DNA from: Oikopleura dioica
Taxonomy: Eukaryota; Animalia; Chordata
Direction of reading: 5' to 3'
DNA length: 64,000 nt
Assembly (NCBI GenBank): GCA_907165135.1
Contig: OU015566.1
Span: 2,728,001-2,792,000 of the forward strand
Part shown: one piece after another, positions 1 to 10,976 of the stretch
How the letters are laid out: each line of letters begins with the position of its first letter
How positions within the stretch are numbered: the stretch's first letter is position 1
Program-made: the position numbers and the translations under genes
The notes under the pieces: model-generated
Seen by the model: only the letters and a program-made list of their open reading frames with translations
What the model was told of the DNA's origin: nothing
Databases searched by the model: none

Positions 1-63
1 TGTAAGTGACACCCTCATTTATTATTCTAGAGATTCTGTACTCTATCAAGTTTCAACCCTTTC

Positions 64-1026
64 CCATAAAGACACAATCCTGCTTCCAATCTCAATGTAT
101 CCCTCGCTCCAAGTCCTGCCAAAAGCGCTCCATCCTCCATCAGTTTTTTCGTCAATTTCTCAACTGCTTCTGCCGGAATCGAAAGCTCGAAGCCATCTTC
201 TCCAGTGTATCCGCATCTTGTTGCGCGAATACCGTCGATTCCAAAGAGGGAAAGATCAGCTCCTTGCATGAAAGAAAGGGTGGAGAGATCTGTTGTAGTT
301 CCTTTTTGAAGAATTTCCGCGGCCTGAAAACAATAATTGTACTTTTCTTCGGATAAGTATATAGGTACGAATTAGAGTAAGCATTGACTCTAACAAACTA
401 CCACTAATAATTTTAATCAATTAAAACCGTGAAGGCAGAAATATTACCTTAGGACCTTGAACGGCAATAAGCCCAGTCTCAATCTTCTCCAATCGACAGC
501 CAAAAGAAGCCGCAGCAGTCTCCAAAATCGCAAAATCTTGCTCCGCCATAGAAGCATTTGAAACGATGTAGATTTCATTGTTTGAAATTTTGTTCACAAT
601 CAGATCGTCCAAAATTCCTCCCTTTCAAGAGAAGTCTCAATACCTTCAACTCTATCGAAAATTCTTACCTGATCATTTGTAAAAAGAGCCAAAGACCCTG
701 AATTATCCGGCATAGCAGCAACATCAGCAGTGCAAACAGATTCAATGGCGGTAACTGCTGCTTCTCCAGTCAACCGCGTCTGGAGCATATGCGACACGTC
801 GAAAATCGAGCAGACGGAGCGAGTATGTTCGACAGATTGAGGAATCGACACTCCCTGAATACAGCGATAAATAAACAAATCTGGCGATAAAGGCAAGAAC
901 CTTGTAAATCATCGGCATGTCAAAACCAGCAAATTCGGCCATTGTAGCATTTTGCTCTTTGTGAAGATTCCATAACGGCGTCTTTCTCAAAAATCTCGCG
1001 GGAATTCGAAAAAGTGAATTTCTCAT
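64..1026 (-). CDS. AMT: Aminomethyltransferase (glycine cleavage system T protein), mitochondrial; spliced, 3' end lies beyond the left edge of the window
   Basis: Four exons joined by GT-AG introns read [42 protein letters not shown] / [25 protein letters not shown] / GGILDDLIV...LIAVQGPK / [14 protein letters not shown]...[18 protein letters not shown]. These are GcvT family motifs ([18 protein letters not shown], GARDxLRLEAG). Confidence 0.95.
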
Positions 1027-1446
1027 TTTTCTTGCTAAAATTCTCTGCACTAGAATGATGGGAGAAATGATGCTAGACAATATCAACAAAACACACACCC
1101 TCGTGTGTTTTCGTGATTTTCCAAATAAAGGGGTGCGAAATCCCGCGAGCACGAGATCGTACTGGATTTTAACGACACCTTTTTAGAGCGAAAAGGTTGA
1201 TAAAAAAGGGGATAGGAAGATAGAAAATTCGAAATTTATGACCAAAAATTTGGTCAAATTTTTGACCTCTCAGATGAACGCATTTGTCCAGTAAGCCTAT
1301 AAAATAACAAACAATTGAAAATTTTGAATTTCTTGTCGATTTTAGTCACCAACCCGATACCTCACTCAGAGGGCAAATTTGTAGTCTTCTATTTTATTAC
1401 ATTTTATAGATTTCAAAGAAAGCACTTTTTCTTGAGTTATTCTTCT

Positions 1447-1776
1447 TCACCCAACAAAATAATTGTTGCACAGAACGGTAATGCATGCAACTATCGTGGC
1501 AAACTCAACAAAGTCCACATGTCCGCTGCTATCAGAGTCTTAGTCTTTGAATATTTTCTCTAATTTAGAAGGATCTACTGCATTTCCAAGCAATGCTCCA
1601 TACTCGTCTAAAATGATATGTATAGCAATATGTGAATTCCAAAAAAATGTGATATCAGAATATTGCTTACCATCAAGTAATTTTCTCAGCTCTCCTTTTC
1701 CTAAAACCTGGTCATCGCCGGCATGCTTTTTGAAAACTTTGATCAAGAGTGCCATAGCGTTTTGTACGTAAGTCAT
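1447..1776 (-). pseudogene. S100-type two-EF-hand protein with an in-frame TAA at 1540-1542 (null allele, pseudogene or sequence error)
   Basis: Exon 1 (1776-1671), GT-AG intron 1670-1608, exon 2 (1607-1447) give MTYVQNAMALLIKVFKKHAGDDQVLGKGELRKLLDDEYGALLGNAVDPSKLEKIFKD*DSDSSGHVDFVEFATIVACITVLCNNYFVG*. This has an S100 pseudo-EF-hand (VFKKHAG...L.K.EL..LL) and a canonical EF loop (DSDSSGHVDFVE). Confidence 0.8.
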
Positions 1777-2152
1777 CGTCTCAAAAATATTTCAATTGCT
1801 TGATATAAGCGAAAACTAAGGAAAACTAAGGATGGAATGAAGCGAGAGATCACGGTTTTATGCAAAATTACTTCCGTTTTTTGCTTCGCTTTATAAACAC
1901 TCTCATTTTTAAGCTTCTAAAAAGCTCGACGGCTGATAATACGAAGCCTTCGCTAGAAAATATGAAAACGGGAGTTTTTCTTTATTGTCTTTTGGAATTT
2001 ATTTCAAGGAAGATTTCTGTAATGAAGTTGTCGACCCAACTTCTGAAGAAGAAACAGAGCTTATTTGCGGCGGCTCGGATTTGTTCAAAATCTCACTTTT
2101 CGACACCACTTTACTGAAGAAGAAAATAAATCAAAATCACGTCACACTAGCC

Positions 2153-5100
2153 CTACTTGAATCGTCTTCTTCTCAAATAACAGAAAATCACGGATATTCC
2201 GATGAAAACAAGACATCCTAAAGTCACGGAGCCAATGATGAGAATTCGCGTTTGCGTGTTTAATCCTCCTGTTTCTTCCCTTACTTCTGAAATTTCAAAT
2301 AAAAAAAGCGAAAATTAAGGGTATCTTACCGTTATCCATCGGATCGAAGCACTCAAAACTGCCTTGTGTATCTCTACAACTCAATTCTCCACAGCCACCT
2401 CAAATTTAAAGTCGAACTTTCGTCCGTCAAAAATGATGAATGACTATTTCATTTCATCAGAATTATAAAAGTTCAATGAAAAAGGAAAAACTCACCATTG
2501 TTAACTTCACACTCATTAATATTCAAGCACATAGGCGTCGGTGGATCCCAACGACCAGAGAAACACGTGGATGGAGTTCCTGAATTTTGTTGGTTTTAAA
2601 AGTTGATAGAAAAAGAAGGTCAAGAACCTTGACGAGAGCCATCGCGAAATCGAAATCCTGGGTTACAGAAAAACTCCACTTGACGCTGCGCATTGAAAAC
2701 ACCGCTAAAATAACATCATTATCTGTTTCTTACATAATCGATAGAAGAAACTTACAATCCATTTTCAGGATGCGGAAGCGCCCCGCAGCTCCCACTCGTT
2801 CCATCTTCTCTCCACAAGTCCAAATTCATCGTCGCTTTTGCTCCACAAGGAATCATCGTTGATATCGTTGGTTCTTGAACAAACGCATCCGGGGGCACTC
2901 TTCCAATATCACTCGTCTCGCAAAGAACCAAGCCCATATCCACTGCTTGGATCGCCTGAGTTTGAGCGGCGGAGAACGTCGATGGATTTTCGAACCAAAA
3001 ACGATCGCCAGTTCGGTATCGCGAAAATTGCTCCATCAGAAGACATTGAAAAGTTGGTCCGACGCGCGAGCCGGTTGGAATGTCTTCCAGAAGACCAGCG
3101 ATCCAAATGTCTGTGTTATCGATGTCTCCGTATAAGACGGTCAAGCGATTGATGACGTCAGGATCGGTGATGAAGGCAGTACTGGCAGAGTAGGCAAGGG
3201 TAGGGGCGGCCGTGGATAGATAGCTTTCACAGAATTGTTTCCAAGCGCCATAAAGGGGCAGCCCATGATCTCTTCCTCGCTGCAAGTTCAAACTTGCAAG
3301 ATCGAATCCCGACTTGTTCTCCAACTCAAAGAGTTTCTCCCTCAACTCATCATTCATCACCGATCTTGGTGCCACGGCCTTTGCTTGCCCAAACACAAGA
3401 CCCCGAAGAACAGGATCTAACCCTCCTCCGCGAACGATTCGCCAAGGGCTGAAGAAACTTTTGTGAAGAGGAATGTTTTTGAATTGCTCGTGTTCTTGAA
3501 AATTTTCGTTCAGTCGAAAGAGTGTTGATCTGATGGCGGCGTGGCCGAATCGGAATGCAGCTGTGGTGAATACGTTTGAGACGGTCGCGTCTATCGTCTC
3601 GTCATAACCAGGATAATTGACACCTATCGCGTCGAATGCAGTTTGTCCGATAATCTTCGGCAAGTAGTCATAAAACGTCACTTTTTGATGAACGGCAGAG
3701 ACGATTTTTCGCGTTTCTTGATAAACTTGCTCTTGGGACCAATGACGATTAAGCGAGATCAGTTTCTCGGCTAGAAAATTATGCCAACGGACCCAAATGG
3801 TATGAACACTTGCAAGAGGGATGACTTCTGCTGCTCTGCCATCTCCAGCGAGCCAGCAAGGAACGTCGGGTTCTGTTGAGTTTACTTCTTGGACGCATTT
3901 GTCGCCGGAAAAAGGAAGGTATGCGCGGCCGTTATCATTGAACTGAGCGTTGACTTTCAGAAACGCAGGTCTTTCTGGATCCCGGATCATTTCTTTCGTC
4001 TTCAAATTCGATCCATAAACCGTCGAAGCGTCCAGAAATGCCGTATTCGCATTAACCTGCTCTCGCGGCTGCTGCCAGGTAAGGCCACCCGGAACGATCG
4101 CGCCTGTTCCACAAATCGCAGCAGATCGGAAAAAAGGCAAGCATTGGCGGCCGAGGAGCAGTTTTGGGTCGCCAGCGGGAAGTTGGATCGGAAAACAGGG
4201 ATTGAGATTTTCGCAGGTACTTTCGCATCGAGTGTTGCCTTGGAAAGAGGAGATTGATTTGGACTTTTTTGGTTTCATATTTTTTGAAAGAAAAATATTT
4301 TTTTCTTCTGAAACGTTCCTGAGGTGTTATTCCAAGATCATGATCGATATACTGTCCCCAAACAGTAAGCAAATGCGTGTACTGAATGTCCGAAATTACA
4401 TCTGCCTCTGCAACTCTCGCCAAAGAATTCGACACCGCCCTCACTAACGGTAGGGGTTGCCCTTGAGTTTGATCAGCGGAACGAGTTCCGCCGGCGTATC
4501 GTATCGCTGGGTCGATTCCGACGGGGAGGGAAATGTTGTCTTCGTAAATCGAGGGGAGCACTCGTCGCTGGGGCATGTTGGAAGCGCCCCAGTGGGAGTT
4601 TCGCTGGTTATTGCAGGTTCCCGTTATTCTTGAAATAAAATAAGGAGGGAAAGGATTTATATTTAGACTACTGTTGATATTTGGTATTCATAAGGTCTGT
4701 CGGGCAAACTCGCGAAATGTCGTTGACTCGACATCCCGTAAAGGCCACCAACGCGTCCTGCTGCTCACGGCTCAATTGATCTTAATAAAATGGATGTTAT
4801 CGCTATTGATTTTCACCACCAGACCTGTTGCGTCAACTCTTTCCCTCCGAACCCGTCGCGGATTTTTTCGCGAGTTTTTGATGAGATCGAGCGAATGGGT
4901 GTACATATCCGCTGCAAGGACTAGCTTCTCAGTTTCATCTCCTACAGGGCGCTTGAAGTAGGAAAACAAAAGACGGGGATCGCGCCAGATGTCGGATTTG
5001 AATTGATGCTCGGCGTGGCTAAATGATGATTTTGAAAGAAGTTCAACATCTTTAGTATCATAATTTCCTATGAAGACAAAATTTCAATCATTTGTTATTT

Positions 5101-5387
5101 TGGCGGTATTACGATGTCTTAAACAACATAAATGTCTTGATGTCAAAGATTGTCAAACGATCCTCAAAAAATTGTTGCAAGAAAAATTTTAAGGGATTAT
5201 CATTTTTTAATTCTGATTGAAATTTTTCACTTATTTAAGAATTTCTATTTTTTAATTATCATACACATTATTTTGAATTTCAAATAAAAAGAAATTTAAA
5301 TCGAAAAATCAAAAAAAAAAAATCTTGAAATTTTCTTATGGTAAAACTCTTACCTGTAAGTATCCAGTACATTCTGCTGCGCTTCAT
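2153..5387 (-). CDS. TPO: Thyroid-peroxidase-like haem peroxidase: propeptide, peroxidase domain, sushi/CCP, Ca-binding EGF, TM helix; 5' end uncertain (may extend to about 5500)
   Basis: Motifs WGQYIDHD (distal His), CESTCENLNPCFPIQLP, CLPFFRS, NANTAFLDASTVYG, GDGRAAE, AAFRFGH (proximal His), NLQRGRDHGLP and GDRFWFEN. Small spliced exons downstream give CGALPHPENGFGVFNAQRQVEFFCNPGF (sushi), CLNINECEVNNGGCGELSCRDTQGSFEC (EGF) and ILIIGSVTLGCLVFIGISVIFCYLRRRRFK* (TM). This order matches TPO rather than MPO or peroxidasin. Confidence 0.9.
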
Positions 5388-6818
5388 AAAAAGTAACCGC
5401 AATTGTATCGTTATTGATTTCTTCGAAGATCATTTCTCCTTTCAGCTTCTCTCCTAAACGAAAGATCGTATCAACAACTTTGTCTTTATTTTTGTGCAAT
5501 TTTGTTTATAATGATGCCGCCCTTGAATAAAAAGAAAAAAGACAGAGAGAAACAATGAATCGAAAAATTCGACAACGAAGATTTTTTATGATAGTTTTGC
5601 AGTTTATGAGATCATCTAGCGGCCCTAGCTATAAATTGTTTTCAGGCGTGCGCGAACGGTCGTCTAGATCAAGTCGGAATTCAAAGAAAAAAAAAAACAG
5701 TTTATTCGGTTTTAATTGCCAGACACGGGAAACCAATGGACGGAAATGTACGCTTCTCAATAAAAAAGGCTAAATTTTTATGACTTCTTACCATAAGTAA
5801 AGACAAAATCGTTCATTAAAATGATAAATATAATGTTTCTTTTCTTCATTTTTTTTACGAATCGAATGAAGAATTGCGCGACGTTGCTTTGTTTGAACCG
5901 ATGTCCTTACAGTACAAATCTCATTTTAAATAAAAGTACAGGTATATGTCGATTAAAAAAGCAGATTTTAAAATGACAGAAATTCTCGGATTGATGGATA
6001 AGTAGATCATTGTTCATTTTTATATGAACAGTCAACTCATTTTCCCTCTTTTCCGAATTGATTCTCAAAAAGTCAGCTGGCCTTTTTATATTTAATGATT
6101 CCAACGATCCCTATTTGTAATTACTCTCTAAAGCAATCAAATCAGAAATTGTAGGAATCGAGGCAATTGGTGTTAATCTCCGGAAACGACGCTTTTTCGG
6201 CAGATTTTTTTTATTTCCATTACAATTTGAAATGTCGACATAAAAATCATACCTTGGGAAACAACGATATCCACCAAAAATATGCACAAAATTTTGATTC
6301 TCTTCATCTTCATTTTTAATCGTTACAAAAAGAAATTTTCATGAGCGTCCTCTTCATCGGTTTTTTTAAAGGCTAGCTCAGATGTTTCAACTCGGAATAT
6401 CAAGTCCCTCTTGTTCAAGCGCGCAAGAAAAACGATAGACGCATTTTTTCGAGTGTGTTTTTTCTGACATGTTCTTCGAGAAAGCGGGTAATAGATCGAG
6501 GTGAGTTCACTCAAGGTAAGCGATTCTCGAGTCCGGAACTCTTGTCAGCCGTATTGTTGGATATTTTCATTTGAAAACATGTTTTCTGATGAGTAAGGAG
6601 AATATTCTCGAAAGAAATTTTGGAGAATCTTTCTGATCTTTTTTACTCTGATCAGGGAGATTAAAGACAGATGCTTGTTGTGATGAAGATATTATCGTTT
6701 CAGCTGCCAGGAAGAATCTGGACCCCAGCTGGAAGGAAGGATATATGGACAAAATGAGTTAGATTGGTGTCAAATTTGAAATGAAACATCTAAAAAGAAT
6801 AAAGAGCATTTTATTGCT

Positions 6819-9307
6819 TTAAAAGCAATAAGTTGTTCTATGTTTTTTTTCAAGAAATTGTTGTTCGAGTCGCTGCAGCGCAGAACAGGCAAACAACAAA
6901 GTCAACAAAGTAAGAAGACGGAAAAATTCGATTAATGAGCGGCCTTCTCTCTCTTTTCTGTTTGATTTATGTTGAATTTTTTTCTGCAATAAAATATCAT
7001 GATCAAGAGATAAATACTCATGCAGTTTATTTTGCGAAATAAATATAGGAAGTTTTTGGATAATTGTTTACTTTCGAATCAAGATCCCAAAATCAGTCTC
7101 CTAAAAATTCAATAATTTAAGAAAAAATCTACCGTCTTACAATTATCTCTTCTGTTTCAGTCGTAAATGCGGTCGTTGTCGATACTTCTTGCACTGCCGC
7201 CTTTTCTAGAACCTCCGGACAGGCGCCATCCCGAATCTCCTTGATTATCTCCTGAAGCCGTCCATTGTAGCAAAACGTCCCAGGAACAGGGTCTGGGTCG
7301 GAGCAATTTTCGACGGATTTTTCTCCGTTTTCATCAAGACATGCTTTTTGCTCGTTTGTTTCTTTGAACTCGCCATAGCAGCGCCAGTTGTTTTTGGTTC
7401 CTGGAGGACCTGGTCCAAAACGAGCAAGCATTTTGCCCTCGTAGCCCGCGACGTTTTGACAAGAATCTGCAGTAAGGGATTGGCAGAAATTGTCTTTCAA
7501 AGGATAATATTCATTTTCATAGCTCTTGAATGATAGCGAAAAAGAAATCCTGCCCTAGATAGAATTGAAAGTGCCGTTTGTACTTCCACTTTTCAAGCAG
7601 ATCTTCAATTTCCTCTTGTCTATTACAGTAAACTCCTGAAAGAGGAACCGGATCGCTACAATCAATGCTCGTTGATTCACCAAAATCATCCACACATGCT
7701 TTTGTTAAATTCATCGGAGCAGTAACACCATAACATCTGTAACCAGGCTAAATTTCATTTTGAAATTTTAGCTGAATTTCAAAGTTACTTGTTTTCCACT
7801 TTTGTTGAGTCCGAATCTGGCGACCATTTGTCCCTCAAATCCTTCTGCTCTTGGGCAATTGAACTCGCCATCGCCGAATCTGCTCATTCTTGAGCAGTAG
7901 CGGTCAAGCTCCATTTGCAAATTGCAATAAGGCGTGTCATATGGTGGGGGTTTCGTAGTTGCTGGTGTAGCCGTTGTTGATTCGGTTGGTTTAGTTTGTT
8001 GAGTCGAAGTTGCTTCGGGAAGTTTGTCGGCTGAAATTTCTAGAATTCTTGACATGGCAGATTCCCACTGCTCTAGCATCATTTCCCAGCGTAACTGCAA
8101 TTTTTCTAGCTCGGCTTTGGCATCTTTTAAACGGTTCTCTTCCCTGATTCATTGAAGTTTCTCTTTTGACTTAGAAATGAGATCCGTTTCTGTTACTTGA
8201 GGAGCTGGTTGATAAACAGGCAAATGACTTGCAGGAAGATTGCTGCCTTCGTGAATTTTGTACTCAACGGTAATTGTGGCTGAATACTTTTCTTGAATTC
8301 CATCTTCAAGATCAGCTACGGTTTCTGCAGTCCACTGTGGGGGCTGCTGACCTGGTGTTGTTGATGGACGATTTGTCTAAATGGCATAAGGAGGTTGTAA
8401 GAGATTGAAATACTCGTACTTTTGTTGTGTGTTCGTGGGTTGTGTGAGTTGGTTTGGGCTTCTTTGTTGTTGTGACCGGAACGGTTGGATTAGGAGTTGT
8501 GTTTGTAATTGGTAAAGGAGTCGTTGTTGTAGTCAAAGTCGTTGTTGAAGTTGTCGTCGTGCTGGTAGAGGTACTTGTTGTTGTGGTCTTGATTGTAGTC
8601 GTTGTTATGGATGTGGTGGAGGCTTCACTTGTTGTTGTAGTTTTAGTGGTGGTCAAAGTTGTTGTAGTCGTGATTGTCGTTGTGGCTGAACTCGTTGTTG
8701 TGCTTGTTGAAGTAGAAGTTGTATTTGTCTCTGTCGTGGTTATCGTAGTCGTTGATGTCGAAGTAGTTGTTGATGTACTAGTAGTCGAACTGGTTGTTGT
8801 TGTTGTTGTGCTTGTGATTATGGTTGTAGTCGATGTTGTTGTTGAAGTTGTTTTTCTTGTTGTAGTTTTCGTTGTTTTCGTAGCGGTCGAGGATGTTGAT
8901 GTTGTTGTCGAAGAAGCTGTTGTCGTTGTTGCAGAAGAAGTTATAGTGGAAGTTGTAGTAGTCGTTGTAGTTGAAGCTTTTGGAGATTTTGTCTTTGGCG
9001 TTTTCGGTGATTTTGGTGAGCCAGTTTTTGGTGTCTTTGCAGTTTTTGGACTCTTCTCTGACTTTGGCGTTTTGGCTGTTTTGGGACTTTTCTCGGACTT
9101 CGGCGACTTTGCTGTTTTTGGACTCTTCTCTGATTTCGGTGATTTTGCGGATTTCGGGCTTTTCTCAGACTTTCGCGTTTTCGGCTTTACCGGTGAATCA
9201 ACAGATCTTCGAATCCTTCCGCCGACGACATCAATCCTTGAGTCTCTGCCGCATTCTCCATTTTGCAAGAAAACAACAAGGACAAAAATAAGATAACCCC
9301 CTTTCAT
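6819..9307 (-). CDS. Secreted mucin-like protein: signal peptide, SPK repeats, long Thr tract, coiled coil, two Cys-rich modules; in-frame TGA at 8149-8151; 3' end uncertain
   Basis: MKGGYLIFVLVVFLQNGEC signal peptide; (KSEKSPKTAKSP)n; more than 150 aa Thr-rich; spliced continuation TNRPSTTPGQQPPQWTAE...; two modules sharing G[FY]EGxMxARFG...[YW]RCY...KACxD..GE...CSDP. The last exon (about 6990-6819) is inferred from a phase-compatible AG acceptor. Confidence 0.75.
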
Positions 9308-9916
9308 TATTTTTTCTTTGTGAAATACATCTGCTCTGCATTTGTTATATATCTTTTACCGCGTCAAGACGAGGATAAACTAAGATTTTCTGCTTGACTT
9401 CCTGGCGTCCTGACAATTAGCCGTTTTTTGTCCGTATAAAACTTATGATTTAGATTAAATTTTCTTGTCTGAAATATTTTTCCCAAGACTTTGTGCGGTC
9501 ATCTTGTTCTGAAATGAACGGACTTGATATCAAGTTCTCATTCTTATAAGATATGAGTTGCTTTGCAAGAATAAAACTTTTCGCGCGAAACAATCGAATC
9601 AGCCCAATTTATTGCCCTCTCGATTCCAGCTGAGTAAGCAATCGCACGCCTTCATATCTCCCGTAGCCACTCAGCTGCTCGATCTTCCACTCCCTTCGAA
9701 AAATCGATGCACTCTTTTTTTTCATCAATGGGCGCACTGCTGTAAATCTCCAAGTGCGTTAATGAAAATGGCCTGGTGAGATGATTGAAAGCTGACTCAG
9801 AGATTTGAGGACGAGTCGCGCCTTTCTTTTTTACTGTCGTGTGTTTTGTGTATTCCTATTTACTGAGCAAAAGAGAAGGGCGAGAAGAAGGGATAAAAGA
9901 ACTGGAGACATAGAAA

Positions 9917-10857
9917 ATGGCGGTCAAACAAAAGAGTGAAAGGAAGAGGTCATTTTTTATTATTGTCGAAAAAATAATGATTAAATTTTTTCATACTCAA
10001 ATTTTCGCCCGTTTTTGATACTAGTTTTTTTATAATTAAAAAATTTTAATGACCTCCTACATGAGCCATGAGAATCTGTACGCGTCAACCACAAAGATCC
10101 GATTCAGCCAAGTTCAAAAGCTCTTTCAATCACACATTGGATCAGATGCTGTCGCTCAAATTGTCTTTACGCTTCTGGTCGTATTCTGCTCAAGTCTAAG
10201 CTCGTTCGGCTTTGTTGTCAGGATTTTGGCGATTTGGACGCAACAAAAGGCTTATTCAAAAGGAATCTGCGTTTTCTTTTCAAGATTCAGAAGGCTTTTT
10301 ATTGATGCAAAATCTTCTTTGGATTGTTACATTAACTATGATAGGCGACCTGTAAAGAAAACCTGAGTCAGGGTTCTGAAAGAGCTTCGTAGGACCCTGA
10401 CTCAGGCCCTTCTTACAGGTTTCCGGGCTCCGATTTTCTTTTGAAATTGAAAATTGAATCAAGTCGAATTGAACTCAAGTTGATTAAACCTTCTGAATAA
10501 TTGAAAAACGCCGTGACAGCTCCCGAAGGAGTATCGCTGCATATTCTCGCCGGAGTAATGTATCTCATCGACAGGAGCTTTCAAATCGGCCGGCTCAGTG
10601 TTCTCCTTGGCATCATTTCTTGGGCCTGTGCTTTTGACGTTCTTCAGAAAAACTTGGAAGATCATTTGGAAAAATCGAAATACACTCAATATCAGACGAT
10701 TCAACGATTCAGCTTTCAGATGATTTTTCATCGAATTGCAGATACAGTCAGGTACAGCCATTCTGTGGTTTTCTCCATTATGCGCCCTTTATTTCATTTT
10801 TTTCGCTGCCTTGGCAGCTGGATGAGGCATTGTTTGCCGAGATTAGAATGCTCTTGA
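9917..10857 (+). CDS. Hypothetical small multi-pass membrane protein
   Basis: An ATG exon at 9917 is phase-compatible with ORF 10049-10366, which continues into 10501-10857. Hydrophobic segments AQIVFTLLVVFCSSLSSFGFVV and LHILAGVMYLI...LSVLLGIISWACAF. No family recognised. Confidence 0.55.
10344..10424. mobile_element. Palindromic MITE-like element of the CCTGAGTCAGG family (intronic)
   Basis: GGCGACCTGTAAAGAAAACCTGAGTCAGGG ... CCCTGACTCAGGCCCTTCTTACAGGTTTCC form inverted arms. Confidence 0.7.
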
Positions 10858-10976
10858 TCAAAATCCTGAAACTTTCGATTCCGCCACGCGTTTTCCCAGA
10901 CTCGAGCTCTGAGAAGCATTCATTGCCATAAAAGAAAGATAATATTAAAAGAGATATGTAGTGGATAAAGCGAGAA

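Noticed and set aside
64-1026. Bacterial contamination or horizontal transfer of gcvT (and of CDA at 50859-51418)
   Set aside because: Both have spliceosomal introns and sit among animal genes; AMT has a mitochondrial-presequence-like N-terminus.
8454-9296. 280-aa Val-rich ORF (and the 106-aa ORF at 8971) on the plus strand
   Set aside because: Antisense shadow of the Thr/SPK repeat of the minus-strand mucin; ACN codons read as Val-rich on the other strand.
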